Assembly (NCBI RefSeq): GCF_061322215.1
Contig: NZ_CM196105.1
DNA length: 40,000 nucleotides
Strand: one strand, 5' to 3'
This document shows, piece after piece, positions 9,665 through 19,031 of this stretch. The position numbers and the translations under genes are program-made. Every line of letters starts with the position of its first letter. The stretch's first letter is position 1. Below the pieces are notes generated by a model. The model ran no database searches, had not been told where the DNA came from, and saw only the letters and a program-made list of their open reading frames with translations.

Positions 9665-10007
9665 AAACGACGATAAGCGTTAAGGGAGGAAGGAAGTGTG
9701 ATGATGTTAAAAAAACACAGATATGATACGAAACAGGACCCTGAATAGGGGCAGTGATACGTATCAATATGAGTGGCGATAAAATCAATGTGATAAATTG
9801 GGATTATTACGCATCAGGATGGGAAATAGGGTAAATGAGTCAGGAAATTCGATACCTCTACAGTGAATATTTTGCTGATGATACTTCCCTTTGCCAAATG
9901 AAATTAACCTCTTTCTCTATTACCGCGTTTTTCCAGAAGCAAGAGATTGGGTATCAAGAGGCTGGCTGCTATGATATGGCGTCTTGTTTTTTAAGCGAGG
10001 AAAGATT

Positions 10008-10760
10008 TTGAGTGCGGGACGCCTGAATAAAAAATCTCTGGGTATCGTGATGTTGTTATCGGTTGGACTGCTTTTGGCGGGCTGCTCGGGTAGCAAATCA
10101 TCCGATACAGGAACGTATTCCGGCTCCGTTTACACCGTGAAACGGGGGGATACGCTATATCGTATTTCGCGCACCACGGGAACCAGCGTAAAAGAGCTGG
10201 CGCGACTGAACGGCATTTCCCCCCCTTACACCATTGAAGTTGGTCAGAAACTAAAACTGGGTGGGGCGAAAAGTAGCAGTACACGTAAATCAACCGCCAA
10301 ATCAACGACCAAAACCGCATCGGTTACACCGTCATCAGCAGTACCGAAATCTTCCTGGCCGCCAGTAGGGCAACGTTGTTGGTTATGGCCAACGACAGGG
10401 AAAGTTATCATGCCGTATTCGACAGCTGATGGCGGCAATAAAGGGATTGATATCTCAGCTCCACGGGGTACACCTATTTACGCCGCGGGTGCAGGAAAGG
10501 TGGTGTATGTGGGCAACCAGCTGCGTGGCTACGGTAATCTCATCATGATTAAACACAGTGAAGATTACATTACGGCTTACGCTCATAATGACACGATGCT
10601 GGTAAATAATGGGCAAAGCGTGAAGGCTGGGCAAAAAATCGCCACTATGGGGAGCACTGATGCGGCATCGGTTCGCCTGCATTTCCAGATTCGTTACCGT
10701 GCAACGGCAATTGATCCGCTACGTTACTTGCCGCCTCAGGGCAGCAAGCCAAAATGCTGA
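10008..10760 (+). CDS. ygeR: LysM + degenerate LytM(M23)-domain lipoprotein YgeR
   Basis: Likely TTG start at 10008 (MSAGRLNKK...), 8 nt after GAGGAAAG; the track ORF begins upstream at 9984. Lipobox LLAGC. LysM segment YTVKRGDTLYRISR...GQKLKL. M23 domain with LHFQIR in place of an HxH motif. Confidence 0.88.
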   Translation: MSAGRLNKKSLGIVMLLSVGLLLAGCSGSKSSDTGTYSGSVYTVKRGDTLYRISRTTGTSVKELARLNGISPPYTIEVGQKLKLGGAKSSSTRKSTAKSTTKTASVTPSSAVPKSSWPPVGQRCWLWPTTGKVIMPYSTADGGNKGIDISAPRGTPIYAAGAGKVVYVGNQLRGYGNLIMIKHSEDYITAYAHNDTMLVNNGQSVKAGQKIATMGSTDAASVRLHFQIRYRATAIDPLRYLPPQGSKPKC

Positions 10761-10793
10761 TGGCGAATTAATCAGCAGTCAGCAGCGCGGTAC

Positions 10794-10821
10794 TTGCTAA
10801 GGAGAGCGTAAGGTTTATAAT
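10794..10821 (+). promoter_or_regulatory. Sigma70-type promoter for glyU
   Basis: TTGCTA (10794-10799), a 16-nt spacer, then TATAAT (10816-10821), followed by a GC-rich discriminator. The mature tRNA 5' end lies about 18 nt downstream. Confidence 0.6.
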
Positions 10822-10838
10822 GCCTTACGCATCTCGAA

Positions 10839-10912
10839 GCGGGCGTAGTTCAATGGTAGAACGAGAGCTTCCCAAGCTCTATACGAGGGTTCGATTCCCT
10901 TCGCCCGCTCCA
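10839..10912 (+). tRNA. glyU: tRNA-Gly (anticodon CCC)
   Basis: 74 nt: GCGGGCG acceptor stem pairing with CGCCCGC, D arm GTTC/GAAC, anticodon loop TTCCCAA (CCC at 10871-10873), T arm GAGGG-TTCGATT-CCCTT, encoded CCA end. Confidence 0.95.
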
Positions 10913-11145
10913 ATTTATCTTCACCTCATCAACCTGCCATTTTTGCTGTATCTGACTTTCTATATTATCTTAATTCAATTGCTTCAGACTTTTCGCAATC
11001 GCTGTAACACTTCCCCATTTTTTTGTAAATAAAAAGCGTTTACGCAATGCAATCCTTTTGTAACAACCCAGGTAAAATACCTTATTTTCAAGTTGTTAAA
11101 TAAGTGGTTATCTACGCTTTTAACAAACGATTGATGGAATCTTTT

Positions 11146-12756
11146 ATGAAAGGGAAATCTACATTAACTCTTCTGCTCGCTGGTATATTTTCGTGCGGCA
11201 CATGCCAGGCGACAGGGGCAGAAGTGACGAGTGAATCTGTATTTAACATTCTTAATTCCACGGGGGCAGCAACTGATAAAAGTTATTTATCGTTAAATCC
11301 AGATAAGTATCCTAATTATCGTCTTCTGATTCACTCAGCCAAATTAAAAAATGAAATAAAGAGCCACTATACCAAAGACGAAATTCAAGGATTGTTAACA
11401 TTAACAGAAAATACACGAAAGTTAACGTTGACGGAGAAACCCTGGGGAACATTTATTCTTGCTTCTACTTTCGAAGATGACAAAACAGCGGCAGAAACCC
11501 ACTATGATGCTGTCTGGCTGAGGGATAGTTTATGGGGCTATATGGCATTAGTATCAGATCAGGGAAATAGTGTAGCCGCAAAAAAGGTTCTGCTCACTCT
11601 GTGGGATTATATGTCTACGCCCGACCAGATTAAGCGGATGCAGGACGTCATTAGCAACCCAAAACGACTGGATGGTATTCCTGGGCAAATGAATGCTGTA
11701 CATATCCGATTTGACAGCAACTCCCCCGTGATGGCAGATGTGCAGGAAGAAGGCAAGCCGCAGCTGTGGAACCATAAACAAAATGATGCGTTAGGTCTTT
11801 ATCTTGATCTCCTTATACAAGCAATCGACACTGGTACTATTAACGCTGAAGATTGGCAAAAAGGTGACCGATTAAAATCGGTTGCGCTGCTGATTGCTTA
11901 TCTGGATGAAGCCAATTTCTATATTATGGAAGATTCCGGAGCGTGGGAAGAAGATGCCCGATTAAACACATCTTCCGTTGCACTGGTGACCTCTGGACTG
12001 GAACGTTTGTCAAACCTACTCTCGAAGAAAGACTCTGTTTTTGTCTCTGATTTACTACGCGAAGCTAAAGCCAATGAACTGGATGCAACTTTTTCAACAA
12101 CGAGGTTGAACCACCTCATAGATAAAGGTTATGAAAGAATAACGTTACAGCTTGATTTAGGGGGAGAATCCCCAGGTTATCTGGAAAAAGATAAACATTA
12201 CAGAGAAGCCGATGCGGCTTTACTTAATGTTATTTATCCTGCAAATCTTTCAAAGATAAATACCAGAAGAAAAGAGCAAGTTCTAAAAATAGTTAAAAAA
12301 CTAGCAGGTCCGTATGGTATAAAAAGATACGAGAAGGATAATTATCAGTCGGCAAATTTTTGGTTCAATGATATTAAAACCGATACCGATCAAAATTCAC
12401 ATGCGAAAAGAGAAATGAGCTTCATTCCATCAACAGAAGCAGAATGGTTTTTTGACTCATGGTATGCAAAATCAGCAGCAATTGTTTATAAAGAATCAAG
12501 AAAAGAAGAGTATTTGAATGACTCTGTGCAATTTATGAATAGATCATTGGCCCAAATAACAGGCGAGAATATGATTGGTGCAAATGGCAGGAGTGTACCT
12601 GAAATGGCACTTCCCGAAAGCTATAACTATATCCACAAGTCGGGAACTTTGCATGAAGCGCCAAGCCCTATCATTCCGCTAAATTGGTCGAAAGCTTCAA
12701 TGACTCTCATGTTGAAAGAGATGTCCAACCTTATCAATGATGAGGGAAATAAATAG
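11146..12756 (+). CDS. ygeQ: Exported glycoside hydrolase family 15-like protein (full-length form of the K-12 ygeQ remnant)
   Basis: Start chosen at ATG 11146 (MKGKSTLTLLLAGIFSCGTCQATGAEV, a signal peptide and possibly a lipobox); the track ORF begins at GTG 11104. GH15-like segments YDAVWLRDS, QNDALGLYL and EDSGAWEE. Confidence 0.75.
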   Translation: MKGKSTLTLLLAGIFSCGTCQATGAEVTSESVFNILNSTGAATDKSYLSLNPDKYPNYRLLIHSAKLKNEIKSHYTKDEIQGLLTLTENTRKLTLTEKPWGTFILASTFEDDKTAAETHYDAVWLRDSLWGYMALVSDQGNSVAAKKVLLTLWDYMSTPDQIKRMQDVISNPKRLDGIPGQMNAVHIRFDSNSPVMADVQEEGKPQLWNHKQNDALGLYLDLLIQAIDTGTINAEDWQKGDRLKSVALLIAYLDEANFYIMEDSGAWEEDARLNTSSVALVTSGLERLSNLLSKKDSVFVSDLLREAKANELDATFSTTRLNHLIDKGYERITLQLDLGGESPGYLEKDKHYREADAALLNVIYPANLSKINTRRKEQVLKIVKKLAGPYGIKRYEKDNYQSANFWFNDIKTDTDQNSHAKREMSFIPSTEAEWFFDSWYAKSAAIVYKESRKEEYLNDSVQFMNRSLAQITGENMIGANGRSVPEMALPESYNYIHKSGTLHEAPSPIIPLNWSKASMTLMLKEMSNLINDEGNK

Positions 12757-12769
12757 TTTTCATAATGAG

Positions 12770-12793
12770 GCGGTCCTGGATTAAAAGGACCGC
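12770..12793 (+). terminator. Stem-loop after ygeQ
   Basis: GCGGTCCT-N8-AGGACCGC, 14 nt after the stop. The tail is not U-rich, so efficiency is uncertain. Confidence 0.35.
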
Positions 12794-12822
12794 TCAAAGA
12801 GAAATCGAAAGGGGAGGTAAAA

Positions 12823-13002
12823 GTGATCAATAAATTACTGTTAGCTTACCTGATAGGTCTGGTTGTGACATCGACCTTAATATTTATCTTCTCGGAAGAA
12901 AAAGTAACATATCGGTTGTTTGCTGCAGCAATTACAGGGTTGACCTGGCCGCTTAGCCTCATTCCATCCATCATAAGTCTCATGATTCGTAAATCCGACT
13001 AA
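12823..13002 (+). CDS. Candidate 59-aa small membrane protein (two predicted hydrophobic helices)
   Basis: GTG start 5 nt after GGGGAGG. Translation: (M)INKLLLAYLIGLVVTSTLIFIFSEEKVTYRLFAAAITGLTWPLSLIPSIISLMIRKSD. It is below the apparent size cut-off of the ORF track. Confidence 0.45.
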   Translation: MINKLLLAYLIGLVVTSTLIFIFSEEKVTYRLFAAAITGLTWPLSLIPSIISLMIRKSD

Positions 13003-13347
13003 CAAGAAAATTATATGAACGATTAAGAAAAATAGAGTCGAAAAAGAGAATAAAATATATGCGGGGAGTAACAAAACACTCGCAGTGCGTTAATGTGTAA
13101 CTAACAAATATGATTTTTATTGAAAATAGTCACCAAACAAGTGTTATAAGAAATACGGGGTATGTTTAAGTAAAACATATCAACAGTTGCAATTCTGTAT
13201 ATGGACAGGATGACTTACTACTGTAAGTAGCTGATAGCTATTCGCTCATAACAAAATCATTATTTTATAAATAGGAATCATCACTTTTTAATCATGTTTT
13301 TATTGCAAGTTTATGGAGAATGAGAATATGGAATAAGGAGATGAAAC

Positions 13348-14097
13348 ATGATTGAAGAAGGGCTGTTACTTCCAATGAATGTTTTGCTTCAAGGACAGAG
13401 GTTAACCCTACTCGACCCTGAAATGTGGTTCTTACGGGGAAATGAAAACAAGGATGTAACCCTTGTTATTACGATTGGTAATAACCATCAAAAATTAATG
13501 GTAGTGGAAGACATATTACTGCTCATTGACCGAAGCCAAATTGAGGTAACTGCAGGGAAAGTAATTTATCATCCACTTCGCATTGATATCCTGAGTAAAT
13601 TATTAGCTTTTATTGATGAATCAACGGGGAGTGTGGAAAGGGAACACCATGAGTTGTTTGCTGATGCCTTGCCCTTTGCATCAGAAGTTGTGCTATTCAG
13701 TAAAGTTGCAAGTGAAGCCTGGTTTTTAGCCACTTATCTGAGCAGCGATAATATTAATGAAATTCTGTTTCAGCATCTAAGAAAAACAGAATGCTATAAA
13801 CTGGTTCGCTATTTATTATCGCAATCGCTCATACAGACTTCACTCTATGATCTTGGTGAGCTTTACGGCGTATCGTATTCACATTTTCGCCGTTTATGTA
13901 GTTATGCATTGGGTGGTAAAGTTAAAACGGAATTATGTGGCTGGAGAGTTGCCAGAGCCGTGTTGGAAATCATTGAAGGAAACAGTGATATGACAACTAT
14001 TGCGCATAAATATGGCTACTCATCCTCATCACACTTTTCAGCCGAAGTAAAAAGCCGGTTAGGAAAAACACCGAGAGAACTATGTAAAAAGTTATGA
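13348..14097 (+). CDS. eivF: AraC/XylS-family T3SS activator, InvF homologue
   Basis: 249-aa ORF with AAGGAG 7 nt upstream. C-terminal AraC double HTH (YGVSYSHFRRLC...YGYSSSSHFSAEVKSRLGKTPRE). First gene of the inv-like operon. Confidence 0.88.
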   Translation: MIEEGLLLPMNVLLQGQRLTLLDPEMWFLRGNENKDVTLVITIGNNHQKLMVVEDILLLIDRSQIEVTAGKVIYHPLRIDILSKLLAFIDESTGSVEREHHELFADALPFASEVVLFSKVASEAWFLATYLSSDNINEILFQHLRKTECYKLVRYLLSQSLIQTSLYDLGELYGVSYSHFRRLCSYALGGKVKTELCGWRVARAVLEIIEGNSDMTTIAHKYGYSSSSHFSAEVKSRLGKTPRELCKKL

Positions 14098-15797
14098 AAA
14101 TAAAATTACGTATTACTATTATATTAATTTCAGCCTTATGCATTTTTAATGGATTATTGACTCCTGGTGCATATGCCGCAACAGCGAATGGATACGTAGC
14201 AAATAAAGAAAATCTACGTAGTTTTTTTGAAACGGTTTCATCATATGCGGGTAAGCCTACAATAGTTAGTAAGCTTGCCATGAAGAAACAGATCAGCGGA
14301 AATTTTGATTTAACCGAACCCTATGCCTTGATTGAACGCCTGTCGGCGCAGATGGGGCTTATTTGGTATGATGATGGCAAAGCTATTTATATCTATGACT
14401 CATCAGAGATGCGTAATGCACTGATTAATCTGAGAAAGGTATCGACGAATGAGTTTAATCATTTTTTAAAAAAATCAGGTCTGTATAACTCTCGTTATGA
14501 AATTAAAGGGGGAGGCAATGGTACTTTCTATGTTTCAGGGCCACCGGTGTATGTTGACCTGGTCGTTAATGCTGCAAAATTGATGGAGCAAAACAGCGAT
14601 GGCATCGAGATCGGACGAAATAAAGTAGGAATAATTCATCTGGTCAACACATTCGTTAATGATCGGACTTATGAATTACGTGGCGAAAAGATAGTTATTC
14701 CTGGCATGGCAAAAGTACTATCGACATTGTTAAATAATAACATTAAGCAAAGCACTGGGGTTAACGTACTTTCTGAAATTTCAAGTCGTCAACAACTAAA
14801 AAACGTATCACGTATGCCTCCTTTTCCTGGTGCTGAAGAAGATGATGACCTACAAGTAGAGAAAATAATATCGACAGCTGGAGCGCCAGAGACTGACGAT
14901 ATACAAATTATTGCATATCCTGATACCAACAGTTTACTTGTTAAAGGAACAGTATCTCAGGTTGATTTTATCGAGAAGTTAGTAGCTACGCTCGATATTC
15001 CAAAGCGACATATTGAATTATCTTTATGGATAATAGATATTGATAAGACTGATCTAGAACAGTTAGGAGCTGACTGGTCGGGCACGATAAAAATTGGATC
15101 CAGCCTAAGTGCATCATTTAATAATTCAGGTTCAATTAGTACCCTGGATGGGACACAGTTTATTGCAACAATACAGGCACTTGCGCAAAAAAGAAGAGCC
15201 GCCGTTGTTGCTCGTCCTGTCGTTTTAACACAGGAGAATATTCCTGCTATATTTGATAATAACCGTACTTTCTATACTAAATTAGTCGGCGAGCGTACTG
15301 CGGAATTGGATGAAGTAACCTATGGTACGATGATTAGCGTGCTACCACGATTTGCTGCGCGAAATCAAATTGAATTACTCTTGAATATTGAAGATGGCAA
15401 TGAAATCAATTCTGACAAGACCAATGTTGATGATCTGCCTCAGGTTGGTAGAACGCTTATAAGTACTATTGCGCGCGTGCCTCAAGGGAAAAGTCTTTTG
15501 ATTGGTGGATATACACGAGATACGAATACCTATGAAAGTCGCAAGATCCCAATATTAGGCAGTATTCCATTTATTGGTAAATTATTTGGATATGAAGGAA
15601 CAAATGCGAATAACATCGTTCGTGTCTTTCTTATTGAGCCAAGAGAGATCGATGAGCGCATGATGAATAATGCGAATGAGGCTGCGGTTGACGCCAGAGC
15701 AATAACACAGCAAATGGTAAAAAATAAAGAAATCAACGATGAATTACTGCAGAAATGGATAAAAACTTACCTGAATCGTGAAGTCGTCGGAGGATAG
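14094..15797 (+). CDS. eivG: T3SS outer-membrane secretin (SctC; InvG homologue)
   Basis: ATGA overlap with eivF. Signal peptide present. Secretin C-domain motifs (GKSLLIGGYTRD, IPILGSIPFIGKLF). Confidence 0.93.
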   Translation: MKIKLRITIILISALCIFNGLLTPGAYAATANGYVANKENLRSFFETVSSYAGKPTIVSKLAMKKQISGNFDLTEPYALIERLSAQMGLIWYDDGKAIYIYDSSEMRNALINLRKVSTNEFNHFLKKSGLYNSRYEIKGGGNGTFYVSGPPVYVDLVVNAAKLMEQNSDGIEIGRNKVGIIHLVNTFVNDRTYELRGEKIVIPGMAKVLSTLLNNNIKQSTGVNVLSEISSRQQLKNVSRMPPFPGAEEDDDLQVEKIISTAGAPETDDIQIIAYPDTNSLLVKGTVSQVDFIEKLVATLDIPKRHIELSLWIIDIDKTDLEQLGADWSGTIKIGSSLSASFNNSGSISTLDGTQFIATIQALAQKRRAAVVARPVVLTQENIPAIFDNNRTFYTKLVGERTAELDEVTYGTMISVLPRFAARNQIELLLNIEDGNEINSDKTNVDDLPQVGRTLISTIARVPQGKSLLIGGYTRDTNTYESRKIPILGSIPFIGKLFGYEGTNANNIVRVFLIEPREIDERMMNNANEAAVDARAITQQMVKNKEINDELLQKWIKTYLNREVVGG

Positions 15798-15801
15798 TGA
15801 A

Positions 15802-16947
15802 ATGGCGATTCATGTAGAACATGTCGGTGTATTAGAAAGAGCCAGAGAAGTTTCTCGCTTAGAGGACATTATCACAGAAGATAATGAAGATATTGAAGCT
15901 GAAATGCCTAAAATGGGGGATGATCCCGCCGGTAAAGAAGCTCGATTCTTACAAGCTACTGACGAGATGTCAGCAGCGTTAACGCAGTTTATGAAGAAAA
16001 AAATCTACGAAGAACAACTGGCCAACTTTCTGGACGGAGAAGAATATGTCCTGGAAGATCAGCCAATAGAAAAAACCGATAAAGTCATGGAGGCGCTTAA
16101 GGCAGCAACTACCCATGACTATGAAGTGTATAGCTTTGCTAAAAAATTATTTCCAGATGAAAGCGATCTGGTGGTTGTATTACGTGCAATTTTACGTAAA
16201 AAACAAATATCTGAAAATGTGCGGCTAAACGCTGAAACATTACTTAAAAAAGTTAATCAAGAGACTACTAAAAAATTCATTAATAGCGGTATTAACTCGG
16301 CATTAAAAGCAAAGTTATTTGGCCAGGCGTTGTCATTAAATCCAAAATTACTAAGGGCAAGTTATCGACAATTTTTAATGGCAGAAGACGATGCTGTAGA
16401 TACTTATGTCGAATGGATTGGTAGTTATGGCTATCAAAATAGAATGCTGGTGACAAAATTTATCAAAGAGACGCTTTTCTCAGATATAAATGCACTTGAT
16501 GCGAGCTGTTCATCATTGGAATTTGGTATGTTTCTCAATAAGTTGTCACAACTATTGTCTCTTCAGTCGGCAGAGGCTTTATTTCTGAAAACTTTAATGA
16601 ATAACCCAATAATTAATAAATTTATTAGCGCAGAAGATTATTGGATATTTTTTCTGATATCGTTAATAAAATTTCCTGAGACTGCAGAGGAACTCCTGAA
16701 AAATGCACTGGTAACCCTACCCGCAGATGCTAATTATAAAGACAAAACGTTACTCCTGAAGGCGATTTACAGCGGATGTACAAATCTTCCATTTTCACTT
16801 TTTATTAATAATGAACAATTATTAGAGATTAGGGAGTGTTGTAAACAGGCAATAAAAGTAACATTTGCAGCAGAGCTCTTTGATACACAAAACAGTAATA
16901 AAAAACAAAATAAAAAACCATGGAAGAAGGTAATGTTCAATGTTTAA
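15802..16947 (+). CDS. eivE: T3SS gatekeeper (SctW; InvE/MxiC/YopN family)
   Basis: ATG at 15802, 7 nt after GGAGGA; the track ORF starts at 15778. Position between the secretin and the FlhA-like gene, and size, fit InvE. Confidence 0.8.
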   Translation: MAIHVEHVGVLERAREVSRLEDIITEDNEDIEAEMPKMGDDPAGKEARFLQATDEMSAALTQFMKKKIYEEQLANFLDGEEYVLEDQPIEKTDKVMEALKAATTHDYEVYSFAKKLFPDESDLVVVLRAILRKKQISENVRLNAETLLKKVNQETTKKFINSGINSALKAKLFGQALSLNPKLLRASYRQFLMAEDDAVDTYVEWIGSYGYQNRMLVTKFIKETLFSDINALDASCSSLEFGMFLNKLSQLLSLQSAEALFLKTLMNNPIINKFISAEDYWIFFLISLIKFPETAEELLKNALVTLPADANYKDKTLLLKAIYSGCTNLPFSLFINNEQLLEIRECCKQAIKVTFAAELFDTQNSNKKQNKKPWKKVMFNV

Positions 16948-19000
16948 CAAAGTTTTGATAGGGTTAAGGAGTCATCCAGAATTAATAATTCTTGGATTAA
17001 TGGTGATGATTATCGCCATGCTCATAATTCCATTGCCCACCTACTTAATCGATTTTTTGATTGGGCTGAACTTAACATTGGCAATACTTGTATTTTTAGG
17101 ATCATTCTATGTTGATAGGATCTTAAGTTTTTCTTCATTCCCATCAATTCTTCTCATCACAACGTTATTTCGTTTGGCGCTGGCGATCAGTACCAGCCGA
17201 CTTATACTTCTTGAGGCGGACGCCGGAGAAATTATAACGAGTTTTGGTGAATTCGTTATTGGCGATAGCCTGGTAGTTGGTTTTGTTATTTTCTCCATTG
17301 TGACTATTGTTCAGTTTATCGTGATTACTAAAGGTTCGGAACGTGTGGCTGAAGTTGCTGCCCGCTTTTCGCTTGACGGTATGCCAGGTAAACAAATGAG
17401 TATTGACGCCGATCTACGCGCCGGGATCATTGATGCAGATTTAGCAAAAGAACGTCGTAGCGTATTAGAACGAGAGAGTCAGCTGTATGGTTCCTTTGAT
17501 GGTGCGATGAAATTTATCAAAGGTGATGCTATTGCAAACATTATTATTATCTTTGTTAATATTATCGGTGGGCTATCAGTAGGAGTAGGCCAAAATGGAA
17601 TGGATTTCTCGACAGCGTTGACCGTCTACACAATTCTTACCGTCGGTGATGGTCTTGTTTCTCAAATTCCAGCTTTATTAATTGCTATTAGCGCAGGGTT
17701 TATCGTAACGCGCGTGAATGGCGATAGTGATAATATGGGGCAAAATATAATGTCCCAGTTATTAAGTAATTCTTTTGTCATTATTGTGACATGTGTCCTC
17801 GCGCTAAGTATTGGGTTGCTTCCAGGTTTTCCCCTTCTTGTGTTTTTATGTTTGGCAGTAATCTTAGGAATTTATTTTTACTTTAAATTCAAAAAGAAAG
17901 GGGTTGAAGAAACGGTTGTTGAGGGAGATATCACCGTTGGGTTGGAACCCTATAATCAGGATGATGATATTTCATTAGGTATTATTAATAAACTTGATCA
18001 GGTTATTACCGAAACGGTACCCTTGGTTTTGATTATGAATAGTGTACAGGCTAAAAAATACACTGAAATCAATCTTGCTGATAGGATTCGTAGTCAGTTT
18101 TTTATTGAATATGGTATCCGTATTCCCGGTATTGTCATTCGCGAGGGGGAAGGCCTTAATGATGAAGATGTCATATTAATGCTAAATGAAGTCAGAGCCT
18201 CGCAATTTAAAATTTATCATGATCTCGTCTTGTTGGTTGAATATTCAGATGAAGTGGTTTCGACTTTGATCAAGAAACCTGTCATCGTAAATAGTAATGG
18301 TGAACAATATTATTGGGTTACAAAAAGTGATGCCCAAAAATTAACAAAAATTGGCTGTTATACTCGCACGGCCATGGATGAAATGTACAATCATTTATCT
18401 GTATGTCTGGCGCATAATATTAATGAGTATTTTGGTATACAAGAAACTAAATATATTCTTGATCAATTAGAGATGAAGTATCCTGATCTATTAAAAGAAA
18501 TATTAAGATATATAACCGTGCAGCGCATTTCAGAGGTAATTCAGCGTCTGATCCAGGAGCGAATTTCAGTGCGCAATATGCGTTTAGTTATGGAGGCTTT
18601 AGCATTATGGAGCCCACGAGAGAAAGATATAATTACACTCGTCGAGCATGTACGAGGTGCATTAGGTCGCTACATTTGCCATAAGTTTTCATATTCTGGA
18701 GAAATTAAAGCAATTGTGATTTCGCCTGAAATAGAGGACAGAATCAGAGATGGTGTCAGGCCTACCGCTGGCGGTACTTTTCTTAATCTCGATGCATCCG
18801 AAGCTGAGATGATTCTGGATAATTTTAAACTGGCTCTTTCTGGAATCAATATTCCTATTAAAGACATTATTTTACTGGGTTCTGTGGATATTCGTCGTTT
18901 TATCAAAAAACTTATTGAATCTAGTTATCGAGACCTCGAAGTACTTTCGTACGGGGAACTAACGGAAAATGTTCCCGTTAATATTCTGAAAACTATTTAG
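16940..19000 (+). CDS. eivA: T3SS export-gate major subunit (SctV; InvA/FlhA family)
   Basis: 686 aa with a polytopic N-terminus, the conserved [32 protein letters not shown] segment and a cytoplasmic C-domain. Its start overlaps the eivE end. Confidence 0.95.
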   Translation: MFNKVLIGLRSHPELIILGLMVMIIAMLIIPLPTYLIDFLIGLNLTLAILVFLGSFYVDRILSFSSFPSILLITTLFRLALAISTSRLILLEADAGEIITSFGEFVIGDSLVVGFVIFSIVTIVQFIVITKGSERVAEVAARFSLDGMPGKQMSIDADLRAGIIDADLAKERRSVLERESQLYGSFDGAMKFIKGDAIANIIIIFVNIIGGLSVGVGQNGMDFSTALTVYTILTVGDGLVSQIPALLIAISAGFIVTRVNGDSDNMGQNIMSQLLSNSFVIIVTCVLALSIGLLPGFPLLVFLCLAVILGIYFYFKFKKKGVEETVVEGDITVGLEPYNQDDDISLGIINKLDQVITETVPLVLIMNSVQAKKYTEINLADRIRSQFFIEYGIRIPGIVIREGEGLNDEDVILMLNEVRASQFKIYHDLVLLVEYSDEVVSTLIKKPVIVNSNGEQYYWVTKSDAQKLTKIGCYTRTAMDEMYNHLSVCLAHNINEYFGIQETKYILDQLEMKYPDLLKEILRYITVQRISEVIQRLIQERISVRNMRLVMEALALWSPREKDIITLVEHVRGALGRYICHKFSYSGEIKAIVISPEIEDRIRDGVRPTAGGTFLNLDASEAEMILDNFKLALSGINIPIKDIILLGSVDIRRFIKKLIESSYRDLEVLSYGELTENVPVNILKTI

Positions 19001-19031
19001 GATAATGTCTTGCGATATGGAGCATGCTGGT

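Noticed and set aside
10820-11032. 70-aa ORF (+) spanning glyU
   Set aside because: It reads straight through the tRNA gene, so it is an artefact of six-frame translation.
12877-13074. 65-aa ORF on the minus strand between ygeQ and eivF
   Set aside because: It has no SD, and it is antisense to the plus-strand 59-codon ORF, which has a near-consensus SD. At most one is real and the plus-strand one is better supported.
13997-14281. 94-aa ORF (-) across the eivF/eivG junction
   Set aside because: It is antisense to two coupled, motif-supported genes.
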